Part shown: in pieces, positions 1 to 9,745 of the stretch
Layout: each line of letters begins with the position of its first letter
Position numbering within the stretch: position 1 is the stretch's first letter
DNA from: Burkholderiales bacterium
GTDB taxonomy: Bacteria; Pseudomonadota; Gammaproteobacteria; Burkholderiales; SG8-39
Reading direction: 5' to 3'
DNA length: 40,046 nt
Assembly (NCBI GenBank): GCA_035554335.1
Contig: DATMIG010000191.1
Span: forward strand, 1 to 40,046
Translations under genes and position numbers: made by a program
Notes under the pieces: generated by a model
What the model saw: the letters and a program-made list of their open reading frames with translations, nothing else
Databases searched by the model: none
What the model was told of the DNA's origin: nothing

Positions 1-1303
1 CGCACCACGCCATGCAGACGCCGGCCAGGTCGGCCGCGGCGAGGAAGAGCTCGTAGGCCTGCTCGAAGTGCGCGCGCGACTGCGTCGGGTTGAACGGCAG
101 CCGGCACAGGCCGTGCCAGTAGCAGAGCCACGGATCGCGCCGCGCGAGCCCCGCCGGCAGGTGCGCGAGCCAGCGCTCGACCACCTGGCTGCGGCCCTGC
201 TCGATGAGGCGCGGCGCCTCGCGCCGGATGAGCTCGGCGAGCGAAGCGAAGTCGCCGGCCGAATGCAGGAGCTCGGCGGCGTTCTCGGCCTGGCCGTGCG
301 CATCGAGGAGCGCCGCCGCCTTCTGCTGCAGCGCCTTCAGCTCGAGCGGCTTGAAAACGCTGCGCGCGCGGCCCGACAGGAACTGCCGGAAGAGCGGGTG
401 ATACTCGTACGTGACGCTGCCGGGGTGCTTCAGGGTGAAGTAGTTCTTGCGGTAGAGCTCTTCCAGCACGTCGATCGCGCGGGCGTTGCCGGTGAGCTCG
501 CCGAGCGTCTCGGCGGTCGGCTTCGGCAGCAGAGCGCTCGCGAGCAGCACGCGCTGCGTCTCAGGAGCGAGGGCGGAGAAGACCTCGCCGCCAAAGTAGT
601 CGAAGAGCGCCTGCGGGCTCGCTTCGGCGAGCGGGCGCGAGAGCGCGGCGCCGTCTTTCTGCTCGAGGAGCAGCGTGAGCCCCGCCGCCCAGCCCTGCGT
701 GCGGCCGTGCAGCTCGACGTGCGACACCGCGCCGGTGCGCTCGCCACGCCGCAGGCGCTCGATGCTCCTCACCTCGTCGAGCGTGAGCTGCAGGTCCTCC
801 CAGCGCAGCACGTCGCCGACGATGCGTGCGAGCTCCGGCGGCGGCGGCGTGCGGCTGAGGACGGCGACGGCGAACCCGGTCGGCAGCCTCGCCAGTCCTT
901 CGGCGAGGAGCTCGTGCAGCGGCGCGCCGACCGGGATCTCATGGTAGTTGTCGAGCACCAGCACGCACGGCCCCGGAAGCCGCGACGCCAGCGTCTCGAA
1001 GAAGCGCCGCGCGAATACGTCGAGCCCGCCCAGGTATTCGGCGGTGAGATGCGGCAGCCCGCCGCCGGCGGCGAGGCCGAGGTAATGGAAGAAGGTCGCC
1101 GGGTCGGCGTCGCCCGCATCGAGCTGGAACCAGAGGTGGCGCAGCTCGCGCGCATCGACATAGCTGCTCGCGAGCGTCGTCTTGCCGGCGCCCGGCGGCG
1201 CGCTGATCCACGTGACGCCGGCGCCGGCGTCGAGGCGCCGGAAGAGGCGCTCGCGGGGCAGGACTTCGGTGTACCGGGGGCGCGCGAGCTTGGCGTTCGG
1301 CAT
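1..1303 (-). CDS. MalT/LuxR-family STAND NTPase regulator, N-terminal ~434 codons (gene continues beyond left edge)
   Basis: Absent from the ORF track because it has no stop inside the window. Own reverse-strand translation from ATG 1303..1301 gives MPNAKLARPRYTEVLPRERLFRRLDAGAGVTWISAPPGAGKTTLASSYVDARELRHLWFQLDAGDADPATFFHYL...CVLVLDNYHEIP... It has Walker A GAGKTT and Walker B-like VLVLDNYH, followed by a long helical region, as in MalT-like ATP-dependent LuxR regulators. The C-terminal HTH is not visible. The + ORF 68..1531 is its antisense shadow. Confidence 0.75.
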   Translation of the reverse strand, partial: MPNAKLARPRYTEVLPRERLFRRLDAGAGVTWISAPPGAGKTTLASSYVDARELRHLWFQLDAGDADPATFFHYLGLAAGGGLPHLTAEYLGGLDVFARRFFETLASRLPGPCVLVLDNYHEIPVGAPLHELLAEGLARLPTGFAVAVLSRTPPPPELARIVGDVLRWEDLQLTLDEVRSIERLRRGERTGAVSHVELHGRTQGWAAGLTLLLEQKDGAALSRPLAEASPQALFDYFGGEVFSALAPETQRVLLASALLPKPTAETLGELTGNARAIDVLEELYRKNYFTLKHPGSVTYEYHPLFRQFLSGRARSVFKPLELKALQQKAAALLDAHGQAENAAELLHSAGDFASLAELIRREAPRLIEQGRSQVVERWLAHLPAGLARRDPWLCYWHGLCRLPFNPTQSRAHFEQAYELFLAAADLAGVCMAWC

Positions 1304-1360
1304 CGACAAAATTCTGCCGAGCGGTTTTACGCGCGGTCTACCGGGGGTTCTTCAGGGTTC

Positions 1361-1391
1361 TTTAAAAGCGCTGTCGAATGGCAACGACAGC
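1361..1391 (-). terminator. Putative intrinsic terminator after the Fe-S protein gene
   Basis: Stem GCTGTCG (1370..1376) pairs with CGACAGC (1385..1391). On the minus strand it is followed by GCTTTTAAAG, and it lies 20 nt after the stop at 1411. Confidence 0.45.
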
Positions 1392-1410
1392 TATCGCGGC
1401 CTGCTCTAGG

Positions 1411-2736
1411 TCAGATGCCGTACGCCCGGCGCAGCAGCGTGAGCGGGTGCGCCTTCTCGGCGCTCTTCGCCTCGTCGCCCATGCCCTGCATGATGTGGCG
1501 GGCAGCGATCGGGCAGTCCGACGATACGTAGTCCGCTTCGGCCGCCGCCATCTGCCGGAACACCGGCCGGCCGATCTTCATCGAGTTGTCGAAGTACTCG
1601 GTCTTCACGCCCCACGTGCCGTCGTGCCCCGAGCAGCGCTCGACCATCGTGACCTCGGTGCCCGGCACCATTTCGAGCGCCTCGCGCGTCTTCTGTCCCA
1701 TGTTCTGCACGCGCGAGTGGCAGGGGATGTGATAAGCGACCTTGCCCAATGGGTTTTTGAAGTCGGTGCGTAACAGGCCGTCCCGCTTGCGCAGGACGAA
1801 ATATTCGAACGGATCGAACATCGCGTCGCGCACGAGCGCCGCCTCCGGATCGTCCGGATACATGAGCGGCAGCTCCTGCTTGAACATGAGCGTGCACGAG
1901 GGGACCGGCGCGAGGATCGCGTAGCCTTCGCGGGCGTATCGCGCGAGCACCGGCATGTTCTTCTTCTTCAGCCCGTCGACGCCCTCGAGGTCGCCGAGCT
2001 CCAGCTTCGGCATCCCGCAGCACGCTTCCTTCTCCACCAGCGTCCACGGGATCTCGTTGTGCTCGAGCAGCGCGACGAGATCGTGGCCCATCACCGGCTC
2101 GTTGTAGTTCGCGTAGCAGGTGGCGAAGATCGCGACCTTGCCGGGCGTGTTCTTGCCGTCCTTCACCTGGAACGGCCTGGCCTTCGGCACAGCCGAGCGG
2201 AACTTCCTCGGCGCGTAGGGCGGCAGCTCGCGATCCTGGTGCACGCCCAGCACGGCCTGCATCGCCGCTCGCGCGGGCTTGAAGTGGTTCAGCGCGTTGA
2301 CCGTCTGCGCGACCACCGGGATGGCGGCGAGCTTGCCGTTACGGTCGGTGGAGGAGAGCAGGCGGTCGCGGAACTTCGCGCCGGTCCTGAACTTGATCGC
2401 CTTCGCGCGCAGCATGACGTGCGGGAAGTCCACGTTCCAAGGATGCGGCGGAACGTAGGGACACTTCGTCATGTAGCAGAGGTCGCAGAGGTAGCACTGG
2501 TCCACGACCTTGGCGTAGTCCGCCTTCGCCACGCCATCGACCTCCATCGTCTTCGAGTTGTCGACGAGGTCGAACAGCGTGGGGAAGGTGGTGCACAGGC
2601 TGACGCAGCGGCGGCAGCCGTGGCAGATGTCGAAGATGCGCTCGAGCTCCTTCTCCGCCTTCGCCGGATCCCAGAACTCCTCGGTCTGCCAGCCGAGCGG
2701 GTGCCGGGTCGGCGCTTCGAGCGAACCTTCCCTCAT
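1411..2736 (-). CDS. (Fe-S)-binding oxidoreductase with ferredoxin-type clusters and CCG cysteine-rich domains (HdrD/GlpC/LutA-like)
   Basis: 441 aa. Cys clusters CHGCRRCVSLC and CYLCDLCYMTKCP are followed by Cys-rich CCG-type regions (EACCGMP, PSCTLMF, IPCHS, RCSGHDG). The gene sits 3 nt downstream of the rubrerythrin gene. Confidence 0.85.
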   Translation of the reverse strand: MREGSLEAPTRHPLGWQTEEFWDPAKAEKELERIFDICHGCRRCVSLCTTFPTLFDLVDNSKTMEVDGVAKADYAKVVDQCYLCDLCYMTKCPYVPPHPWNVDFPHVMLRAKAIKFRTGAKFRDRLLSSTDRNGKLAAIPVVAQTVNALNHFKPARAAMQAVLGVHQDRELPPYAPRKFRSAVPKARPFQVKDGKNTPGKVAIFATCYANYNEPVMGHDLVALLEHNEIPWTLVEKEACCGMPKLELGDLEGVDGLKKKNMPVLARYAREGYAILAPVPSCTLMFKQELPLMYPDDPEAALVRDAMFDPFEYFVLRKRDGLLRTDFKNPLGKVAYHIPCHSRVQNMGQKTREALEMVPGTEVTMVERCSGHDGTWGVKTEYFDNSMKIGRPVFRQMAAAEADYVSSDCPIAARHIMQGMGDEAKSAEKAHPLTLLRRAYGI

Positions 2737-2739
2737 CGC

Positions 2740-3168
2740 TTAGTCGGACAGGACGTCGAGCGCCTTCTGGAAGCGATTGGCGTGGCTACGCTCGGCCTTC
2801 GCCAGCGTCTCGAACCAGTCGGCAATCTCGCCGAAGCCTTCGTCGCGCGCCTGCTTCGCCATGCCGGGGTACATGTCGGTGTACTCGTGCGTCTCGCCCG
2901 CCACCGCCGCCTTCAGGTTGTCGCGCGTGCGGCCGATCGGCAGGTTGGTCGCCGGATCGCCTACCGCTTCCATGTACTCGAGGTGGCCGTGCGCGTGGCC
3001 GGTCTCGCCCTCGGCGGTGGAGCGGAACAGCGCCGCGACGTCGTTCTGGCCTTCGACGTCGGCCTTCGCGGCGAAATAGAGATAGCGGCGGTTGGCCTGC
3101 GATTCGCCGGCGAACGCGGCCTTCAGGTTGTCGTGGGTCTTCGTGCCTTTGAGCGCTTTCATGGACAT
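2740..3168 (-). CDS. Rubrerythrin-family diiron protein lacking a rubredoxin domain
   Basis: 142 aa. The N-terminus [19 protein letters not shown] is rubrerythrin-like, and two ExxH diiron motifs are present (ETGH, ERSH). There are no CxxC pairs at the C-terminus. Confidence 0.85.
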   Translation of the reverse strand: MSMKALKGTKTHDNLKAAFAGESQANRRYLYFAAKADVEGQNDVAALFRSTAEGETGHAHGHLEYMEAVGDPATNLPIGRTRDNLKAAVAGETHEYTDMYPGMAKQARDEGFGEIADWFETLAKAERSHANRFQKALDVLSD

Positions 3169-3246
3169 CTCCTTCGAAAGGATGGGAGCAGGCTAAGCCC
3201 CCGCTTCGCGTGGATCAAATGGATATTCGCAATTCCGCCGATCGGT

Positions 3247-3870
3247 TTACTTGATGGCGGACTCGATCTCCGAGAACGTGCGCGCGACCTCGCCCCCGGC
3301 GGGCAATGCAACGCCGAGCTGGCGGGCGATCTGCGAGACCGAAAAGATGCCGCGGATCATCGTGCGGCGCAGCGGCGGATCGAGCGGCCGGCGACCCGGG
3401 CTCTCGTCGAAGTCGACCACCAGCGCATGCTGGCGTCCGGCGCGCCGCAGCGTCTCGAGCACGTGCCCGACGTGCGCCCCGCGCAGGTCGCTGAATTCGA
3501 TCGCTTCCACCTGCTCCACCGGCGTCATCACGTCGGCCACGGTCAGCTCGTCGCGCCCCACGCCTCGCTCGGTGGCGGCGCGCACCGGCTTCTCGCTCAG
3601 GATGTCGGTGGCGGTGATCACGCCGAGGACGTTCTCATAGTCGTCGGCGACCAGGAGCAGGCGCACGCCCCGGGTGATCATGAACTGATTGGCGGCGGCG
3701 AGCGGCGCCTGCGGGCGGATGGTCGCCGGCGCGGTGCGCGTAAGGTCGGTCATCACGTCGACCGCCGCGGACTCGGCGCTGACGCGCGGCGGTTGCGGCT
3801 GCATGGGCCGCCGGAAGCCCGCGTTGGCGCCCAGCCCGCGGGAGGGAAGCGGCTGATACTGACGATCCAC
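3247..3870 (-). CDS. CBS domain-pair protein
   Basis: 207 aa with two CBS-like repeats: DVMT...ITRGVRLLLVADDYENVLGVITATDIL and VADVMTPVEQVEAIE...HALVVD...IRGIFSVSQI. Confidence 0.75.
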   Translation of the reverse strand: MDRQYQPLPSRGLGANAGFRRPMQPQPPRVSAESAAVDVMTDLTRTAPATIRPQAPLAAANQFMITRGVRLLLVADDYENVLGVITATDILSEKPVRAATERGVGRDELTVADVMTPVEQVEAIEFSDLRGAHVGHVLETLRRAGRQHALVVDFDESPGRRPLDPPLRRTMIRGIFSVSQIARQLGVALPAGGEVARTFSEIESAIK

Positions 3871-3894
3871 GCGCGCTAGTCCATCGCCACGCTT

Positions 3895-4410
3895 CTAGAG
3901 GTGAGCGGTCTCCAGCCGGCGCGGCCGCGCGCGGCGATCGGCGTGCAGGTAGCGATGCAGCTCGAGCAGCGCCTGGCGGTAGACGTCGCGCTTGAAGTCG
4001 ATCACGGCATCGAGCGGCACCCAGTAATCATGCCAGCGCCACGCGTCGAATTCGGGATGGCCGCTTGCGCGAAGCTTGACGTCGCAGTCGCGCCCGACCA
4101 TGCGCAGGAGGAACCAGATCTGCTTCTGCCCGCGGTAAAGCCCCTTGCAGTCGCGCCGCGTCCACTTCTCGGGCACGTCGTAGCGCAGCCATTCGCGCGT
4201 GCGGCCGAGGATGCGCACGTGCGTCCGCTGCAGCCCGATCTCCTCCTCGAGCTCGCGGAACATGGCCTGCAGCGGCGTCTCGCCGTGCTTGATGCCGCCT
4301 TGCGGGAACTGCCAGGCGTGCTGATTGACCCGCTTGCCCCAGAACACCTCGTTCCGCGGATTGGCGAGGATGATGCCGACGTTCGGACGGTAGCCTTCCT
4401 TGTCGAGCAT
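3895..4410 (-). CDS. rppH: RNA pyrophosphohydrolase RppH (NudH)
   Basis: Nudix box [23 protein letters not shown]. The N-terminus [15 protein letters not shown] is collinear with E. coli RppH as I remember it. The start is set at ATG 4410; the ORF opens at 4419. Confidence 0.9.
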   Translation of the reverse strand: MLDKEGYRPNVGIILANPRNEVFWGKRVNQHAWQFPQGGIKHGETPLQAMFRELEEEIGLQRTHVRILGRTREWLRYDVPEKWTRRDCKGLYRGQKQIWFLLRMVGRDCDVKLRASGHPEFDAWRWHDYWVPLDAVIDFKRDVYRQALLELHRYLHADRRARPRRLETAHL

Positions 4411-4501
4411 GGGCTGCAACCGCCTTCAGTTACCAACGGTAAAATGCGTCCATCCGATTTTTCCACAGGCGACGGGCAATGACAATGCTCGCGCCCGCTC
4501 G

Positions 4502-6199
4502 ATGAAAACCTCCAGATTCTTCATTGCGACGCAGAAGGAAGTGCCCGCTGAGGCGGAGATCGCAAGCCACCGCCTGATGCTGCGCGCGAGCCTGATCCGG
4601 CGTCTCTCCGCGGGCATTTACACGTTCCTGCCCCTCGGACTCCGCATCGTGCGCAAGGTCGAGGCGATCGTCCGGCAGGAAATGAACCGCGCCGGCGCCA
4701 TGGAGTTGATCATGCCCGTGGTGCAGCCCGCGGAGCTGTGGCAGGAGTCGGGACGCTGGCAGGCCTACGGGCCGGAGCTGCTGCGCTTCAAGGATCGCCA
4801 TGAGCGCGACTTCGTCATGCAGCCGACCTCCGAAGAGGTGATCACCGAGCTCGCGCGCGGCGAGCTGAAGAGCTACCGCCGGCTGCCGGCGCACTTCTAC
4901 CAGATCCAGACCAAGTTCCGCGACGAGCGCCGTCCCCGCTTCGGCATCATGCGCGGGCGCGAGTTCGTCATGAAGGACGGCTATTCTTTCCACGCCGACT
5001 ACGAGGACCTGCAGCGCGAGTACCGCAACATGCACGACACCTACACGCGCATCTTCACGCGGCTCGGGCTGCGCTTCCGCGCGGTGGCGGCGGACACCGG
5101 CGCGATCGGCGGCACCGGCTCGCACGAATTCCACGTCCTCGCCGATTCCGGCGAGGACGCGATCGCCTTCTGCCCGCAGTCGGACTACGCCGCCAACGTC
5201 GAGCTGGCCGAGGCGCTCGCGCCGGGCACGCGCGGCGCGCCGCGCGAAGAGATGAAGAAAGTGCCGACGCCGGGCAAGAAGACCTGCGAGGAGGTCGCCG
5301 CCCTGCTCAAGATCGACCTGAAGAAAACGGTGAAGTCGGTGCTCGTGATGCACGACGATCAGCTGCACATGCTGCTCGTGCGCGGCGACCACTCGCTGAA
5401 CGAGATCAAGGCGCAAAAGGCGATCGGCGCCTTCCGCTTCGCCTCCGAGAAGGAGATCCAGGCCGTGCTGCACGGCCCGGCCGGCTACATCGGCCCGCTC
5501 GGCGCGAAGGGCGTGAAGGTCGTCGCCGACCGCCGCGTGGCGCTGATGAGCGACTTCGTGTGCGGCGCGAACGAGGAAGGTTTCCACCTGACGGGCGTCA
5601 ACTGGGGGCGCGACCTGCCGGAGCCCGAGGTGGCCGATATCCGCAACGTCGTCGCCGGCGACCCGAGCCCGGACGGCCAAGGCAAGCTCGAGATCGTGCG
5701 CGGCATCGAGGTCGGCCACATCTTCCAGCTGCGCACGAAGTATTCCGCCGCCATGGACGCCACGTTCCTGGACGACCAGGGCGAAAACCGCCCATTCGAG
5801 ATGGGCTGCTATGGCATCGGCGTGACGCGCATCGTGGCGGCCGCGATCGAGCAGAACCACGACGCGAAGGGCATCATCTTCCCGGCGCCGATCGCGCCGT
5901 TCGAGGTCTGCATCGTGCCGATCGGCTACCAGAAGAGCGCCGCGGTTCGCGAGGCCGCCGACAAGCTCTATTCCGATCTGCAAAAAGAGAACATCGATGT
6001 GCTGCTCGATGACCGCGAGGAGCGACCGGGCGTGCTCTTCGCCGACATGGACCTGATCGGCATCCCGCACCGCATCGTGCTCGGCGATCGCGGTCTCGCG
6101 GCCGGCAACGCCGAGTACAAGGCGCGGCGGGACGAAAAAGGGTCCGACGTGCCGCTCGGCCAGGTGGTGTCCTTCCTGCGGGAGCGCCTCGCCGCATGA
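4502..6199 (+). CDS. proS: Prolyl-tRNA synthetase
   Basis: 565 aa from ATG 4502 ([29 protein letters not shown]...). Class II aaRS motifs are present ([26 protein letters not shown]), with a bacterial-type insertion domain. The track start at 4400 is an upstream extension. Confidence 0.95.
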   Translation: MKTSRFFIATQKEVPAEAEIASHRLMLRASLIRRLSAGIYTFLPLGLRIVRKVEAIVRQEMNRAGAMELIMPVVQPAELWQESGRWQAYGPELLRFKDRHERDFVMQPTSEEVITELARGELKSYRRLPAHFYQIQTKFRDERRPRFGIMRGREFVMKDGYSFHADYEDLQREYRNMHDTYTRIFTRLGLRFRAVAADTGAIGGTGSHEFHVLADSGEDAIAFCPQSDYAANVELAEALAPGTRGAPREEMKKVPTPGKKTCEEVAALLKIDLKKTVKSVLVMHDDQLHMLLVRGDHSLNEIKAQKAIGAFRFASEKEIQAVLHGPAGYIGPLGAKGVKVVADRRVALMSDFVCGANEEGFHLTGVNWGRDLPEPEVADIRNVVAGDPSPDGQGKLEIVRGIEVGHIFQLRTKYSAAMDATFLDDQGENRPFEMGCYGIGVTRIVAAAIEQNHDAKGIIFPAPIAPFEVCIVPIGYQKSAAVREAADKLYSDLQKENIDVLLDDREERPGVLFADMDLIGIPHRIVLGDRGLAAGNAEYKARRDEKGSDVPLGQVVSFLRERLAA

Positions 6200-6786
6200 C
6201 CCGCCTGCTGGCGCTCGCCCTGCTGCTGCCGATTCAGGCCTGGGCCGGCGCACAGCAGTACGAACCGCTCGCCGACTCGGTGCGCACGCGGCTCTCGCAG
6301 GCGGTGTCCGACAAGGCGGTGCCGTCGATGGCGTTTCGCTCGAGCGCCGACGCCCAGCGCTGGCTGAACGCGATGGACCATCGCCTCGAGCGGCGCATTC
6401 CCGACCGCAAGACGCGGCTCGAGCTCCTGCGCACCGTGCATTACGAGGCGACGCGCGCGCGGCTCGACCCGCAGCTCGTGCTCGGCGTGATCGAGGTCGA
6501 GAGCGGCTTCCGCAAGTACGCCGTTTCGCGCGCCGGGGCGCGCGGCTACATGCAGGTGATGCCGTTCTGGGTGAAGATGATCGGACAGCCCAACCACAAC
6601 CTCTTCCACCTGCGCACGAACCTCGCCTACGGCTGCGCCATCCTGCGCCACTACCTCGACGTGGAGAGGGGCGACTACTTCCGCGCGCTCGGGCGCTATA
6701 ACGGCTCGCTCGGCAAGCCGGAGTATCCGAACCTGGTCCTGAGCGCCTGGCGCGGGCGCTGGAAATACGACGGGCCCATAGGATGA
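6196..6786 (+). CDS. Secreted lytic transglycosylase (SLT domain)
   Basis: 196 aa with signal peptide [17 protein letters not shown] and SLT motifs GVIEVESGF and GYMQVMP. Its ATG overlaps the proS stop (ATGA at 6196..6199). Confidence 0.85.
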   Translation: MTRLLALALLLPIQAWAGAQQYEPLADSVRTRLSQAVSDKAVPSMAFRSSADAQRWLNAMDHRLERRIPDRKTRLELLRTVHYEATRARLDPQLVLGVIEVESGFRKYAVSRAGARGYMQVMPFWVKMIGQPNHNLFHLRTNLAYGCAILRHYLDVERGDYFRALGRYNGSLGKPEYPNLVLSAWRGRWKYDGPIG

Positions 6787-6794
6787 ACTGAGGG

Positions 6795-7763
6795 GTGATC
6801 AACCAGCTCCTCGCGCGCCATCCGCGCCTCGCCAACCGCATCTGGGGCTTCACGCCGCCGGAGACCGGCACCATCGTGCTCGTGCACCGGCGCGTGTACA
6901 TCCTGCCGACGCAGCTCGGCTGGCTGTTCGCGCTGACGCTGACGATCCTCCTCGTCGGCTCGATCAATTACGCGCTCTCGCTCGGCTTCGCGCTCACCTT
7001 CCTCCTCGCCGGGATGGGGCTCGCCGGCATGGCGCACACGGCACGCAATCTCGCGCGCATGGCGATCAGCATCGGGCGCGTCGAGCCGGTATTCGCCGGC
7101 GAGCAGGCGCAGTTCCGCCTCTACCTCGACTCGCGCGCGAGCTTCGACCGGCCCGCGGTGCTCGCGCGGCACATAGCGAGCCGCGCGCAGCTGGTGGTCG
7201 ACGTTCCTGCCGGCGGCCTCGCCGAGGTGATTCTTTCGGTGCCGGCGCAGAACCGCGGCTGGCTGCCGATCGGCCGCGTGATGCTCGAGACGCGCTTTCC
7301 GCTCGGCATCTTCCGCTCGTGGAGCTACGTCGAGCCGAACCTGCGCTGCCTGGTCTACCCGAGGCCCGAGCGCTCGCCGCTGCCCGCGCCGACGGCGGAG
7401 GCGGCGCGCGGCGCGATGCGCTCGCCGATGCCCGGCAACGACGACTACTCCGGCCTTCGCACCTACCAGCTGTCCGATTCGCCGCGCCATGTGGCCTGGA
7501 AAGCGGTGGCGCGCAACGAGGACATGCTCACCAAGCAGTTCACCGGCGAAGCCGCGGCCGAGCTGTGGCTCGACTGGAACCGCCTGCCGCCCTCGATGGG
7601 CGTCGAGCAGCGCCTGTCGCGCCTCGCCGGCTGGGTGATCGCCGCCGAGCGCGCCGGCGTCAACTACGGCGTGCGCCTGCCCGGCAACGAGGTGCCGCCG
7701 GGCCGCGGCGACGCGCACCACGCGGCGTGCCTGCAGGCCCTGGCGCTGCACGGGGTGGCATGA
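6795..7763 (+). CDS. DUF58 family membrane protein
   Basis: 322 aa with a GTG start and N-terminal TM helices. The DUF58-like core reads DDYSGLRTYQLSDSPRHVAWKAVAR. It sits immediately upstream of a tgpA-type gene, as is typical. Confidence 0.8.
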   Translation: MINQLLARHPRLANRIWGFTPPETGTIVLVHRRVYILPTQLGWLFALTLTILLVGSINYALSLGFALTFLLAGMGLAGMAHTARNLARMAISIGRVEPVFAGEQAQFRLYLDSRASFDRPAVLARHIASRAQLVVDVPAGGLAEVILSVPAQNRGWLPIGRVMLETRFPLGIFRSWSYVEPNLRCLVYPRPERSPLPAPTAEAARGAMRSPMPGNDDYSGLRTYQLSDSPRHVAWKAVARNEDMLTKQFTGEAAAELWLDWNRLPPSMGVEQRLSRLAGWVIAAERAGVNYGVRLPGNEVPPGRGDAHHAACLQALALHGVA

Positions 7764-9745
7764 AAAGCGTGCCGCATCCGCTCACGCCGGAGATGCGGCA
7801 GCTCACGCTGAAGGACCTGGTGTGGCTGACCGGGTCGTTCGCCCTCGTCATCGCGCCGCATGTCGCGCGCGCCCCTTGGTGGCTGACGCTGCTCACGCTG
7901 TGCCTCTTCGGCTGGCGCTTCTACTACACGCTGAACCGCGTGCCGCTGCCGTCGCGCTGGCTGGTGGTCGGCGTGGCGCTGGTCGGCATGTTCGGCGTGT
8001 GGCTCGAGTACCGCAGCCTCTTCGGCCGCCAGCCCGGCATCATCCTGCTCGTGCTCTTCTCGGGACTGAAGATGCTCGAGTCGCGCACCCACCGCGACGG
8101 CGCGGTGGCCGCGTTCCTCGGCTACTTCCTGATCATCACCAATTTCCTGTACACGCAGACCATCCCGACCGCGGTGCTCATGTGCGCGGGCGTTTTCACC
8201 ATCACCGCCACGCTGGTCGGCTTCGCCGCGCCGAATCGCGCGCTGCGGCTGAACCTGCGCACCACCGCCGTCGTCCTCGCCCATGCGGCGCCGGCGGCGC
8301 TGGTGCTCTTCGTCCTCTTTCCCCGCGTGCAGGGCCCGCTGTGGGGCCTGCCCCAGGACGCGTACGGCGGCATGACCGGCCTTTCCGAGACCATGGCGCC
8401 CGGCAACCTCTCGCAGCTCGCGCTCTCGGACGCCATCGCCTTCCGCGCCTCGTTCGAAGGTACGCCGCCGCTGCCGGCGCTGCGCTACTGGCGCGGCCCG
8501 GTGCTGTGGGACTTCGACGGCCGCACCTGGTCCTCGGGCATGAGCTACCTCATCGGCTACCAGGAGAAGCCGATGCAGGGCGAGATTTACCGCTACTCGG
8601 TGGTGCTCGAGCCGCACAACCACCACTGGCTCTTCGCGCTCGAGACGGCGCAGAGCCTGCCCGAGCGCTCGCGCATGACCTTCGACCACCAGATCCTGTC
8701 GACCACGCCGGTGCGCAACCGCATGCGCTACGACATGGTCTCGGTGGTCAGCAACACCGGCCTCGCGCCGGACGAGGAGCGTGCGTCGCTCACGCGCGCG
8801 CTGCGCCTGCCGCCGGGTTACAACCCGCGCGCCGTAGCGCTCGCGCAGCAATGGCGCTCGCGCGGCGGCACTGACGCCGAGATCGTGCAGCGGGCGCTCG
8901 TCTTCCTGCGCCAGGGCAAGTTCGTCTACACCCTCGAGCCGCCCATCCTCGGGCGCGATTCGGTTGACGAATTCCTGTTCGACACGAAGGCGGGCTTCTG
9001 CGAGCACTTCTCCTCGTCCTTCACCTTCCTCATGCGCGCGGCGGGCATTCCGGCGCGCGTGGTGACCGGCTACCAGGGCGGCGACCTGAATCCGGTCGAC
9101 CTGATCGTCACCGTGCGCCAGTCGGACGCGCATGCCTGGAGCGAGGTGTACTTGCGCGGGATGGGCTGGGTGCGCGTCGATCCGACGGCGGCGGCGATGC
9201 CGCGCCGCGTGGAAGCCGGCCTCGCGCAGGCCCTGCCGCAGACGGCGACGCTGCCCTTCCTGATGCGGCCGCAGATGGAATTGCTGCGCGCGCTGCGCAA
9301 CCGGTGGGAAGCCGTGGCGCACAAGTGGAACGTCTGGGTGCTCGGCTACAACCCGGAGCGCCAGCGCGAGCTGATGCTCTCGCTCGGCATGCGTAACGCC
9401 GACTGGCAGAAGCTCTCGGCGCTGCTCTTCGCCTTCCTCGGCCTGATGACGCTCGCGCTGCTCGTCTGGTCGCTGCGCCGCCTGACGCGGCCGGATCCGG
9501 TGCAGCGGGCGTGGGCGCTGTTCTGCAGCAAGCTCGCGCGTCATGGCGTGGTGCGGGAGTCCCACGAAGGGCCGCGCGACTATTCGACGCGCGCGGCCCG
9601 CGCGCTGCCGGCGTCGCGCCGCGCGATCCTGCGCATCGCGTCGCTCTACATCGGCCTGCGGTATGGGGAAAAGGCAGGCGAAAAGGCGAGCCGCCCGAGC
9701 ACGGCACGGCTCCAGCGCCTGGTGGGGCAGCTGCGCCTGACATGA
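7760..9745 (+). CDS. tgpA: Transglutaminase-like inner-membrane protein (TgpA-type: polytopic N-domain + transglutaminase core + C-terminal TM/tail)
   Basis: 661 aa from ATG 7760 (ATGA overlap with the DUF58 stop). There are multiple TM helices. The catalytic context is GFCEHFSS (Cys), DAHAWSEV (His), VRVDPT (Asp). The track start at 7319 is an out-of-gene extension. Confidence 0.85.
   Translation: MKSVPHPLTPEMRQLTLKDLVWLTGSFALVIAPHVARAPWWLTLLTLCLFGWRFYYTLNRVPLPSRWLVVGVALVGMFGVWLEYRSLFGRQPGIILLVLFSGLKMLESRTHRDGAVAAFLGYFLIITNFLYTQTIPTAVLMCAGVFTITATLVGFAAPNRALRLNLRTTAVVLAHAAPAALVLFVLFPRVQGPLWGLPQDAYGGMTGLSETMAPGNLSQLALSDAIAFRASFEGTPPLPALRYWRGPVLWDFDGRTWSSGMSYLIGYQEKPMQGEIYRYSVVLEPHNHHWLFALETAQSLPERSRMTFDHQILSTTPVRNRMRYDMVSVVSNTGLAPDEERASLTRALRLPPGYNPRAVALAQQWRSRGGTDAEIVQRALVFLRQGKFVYTLEPPILGRDSVDEFLFDTKAGFCEHFSSSFTFLMRAAGIPARVVTGYQGGDLNPVDLIVTVRQSDAHAWSEVYLRGMGWVRVDPTAAAMPRRVEAGLAQALPQTATLPFLMRPQMELLRALRNRWEAVAHKWNVWVLGYNPERQRELMLSLGMRNADWQKLSALLFAFLGLMTLALLVWSLRRLTRPDPVQRAWALFCSKLARHGVVRESHEGPRDYSTRAARALPASRRAILRIASLYIGLRYGEKAGEKASRPSTARLQRLVGQLRLT

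Noticed and set aside
68-1531. A 487-aa + strand ORF covering the first 1.5 kb.
   Set aside because: The composition is rich in Arg, Glu, Ala and Leu with no motifs. It is exactly antisense to a clean P-loop regulator gene (1..1303, minus strand) and runs on into the next gene's 3' end. This is a typical high-GC shadow ORF.
4430-6967. Very long shadow ORFs: 4430..6967-, 2059..3879+, 7664..9565-, 12988..14700-, 14610..18371-, 23879..26617+, 28576..31194+ and 37138..39267+. The N-terminal extensions of 7319, 9511, 12226 and 13269 belong to the same class.
   Set aside because: All overlap genes with unmistakable homology on the other strand or in another frame. They have the Arg/Gly/Ala/Pro-rich composition expected from out-of-frame reading of GC-rich coding DNA. 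Only the final in-frame segments were kept, as tgpA, mltB, tamA, tamB and yajD.
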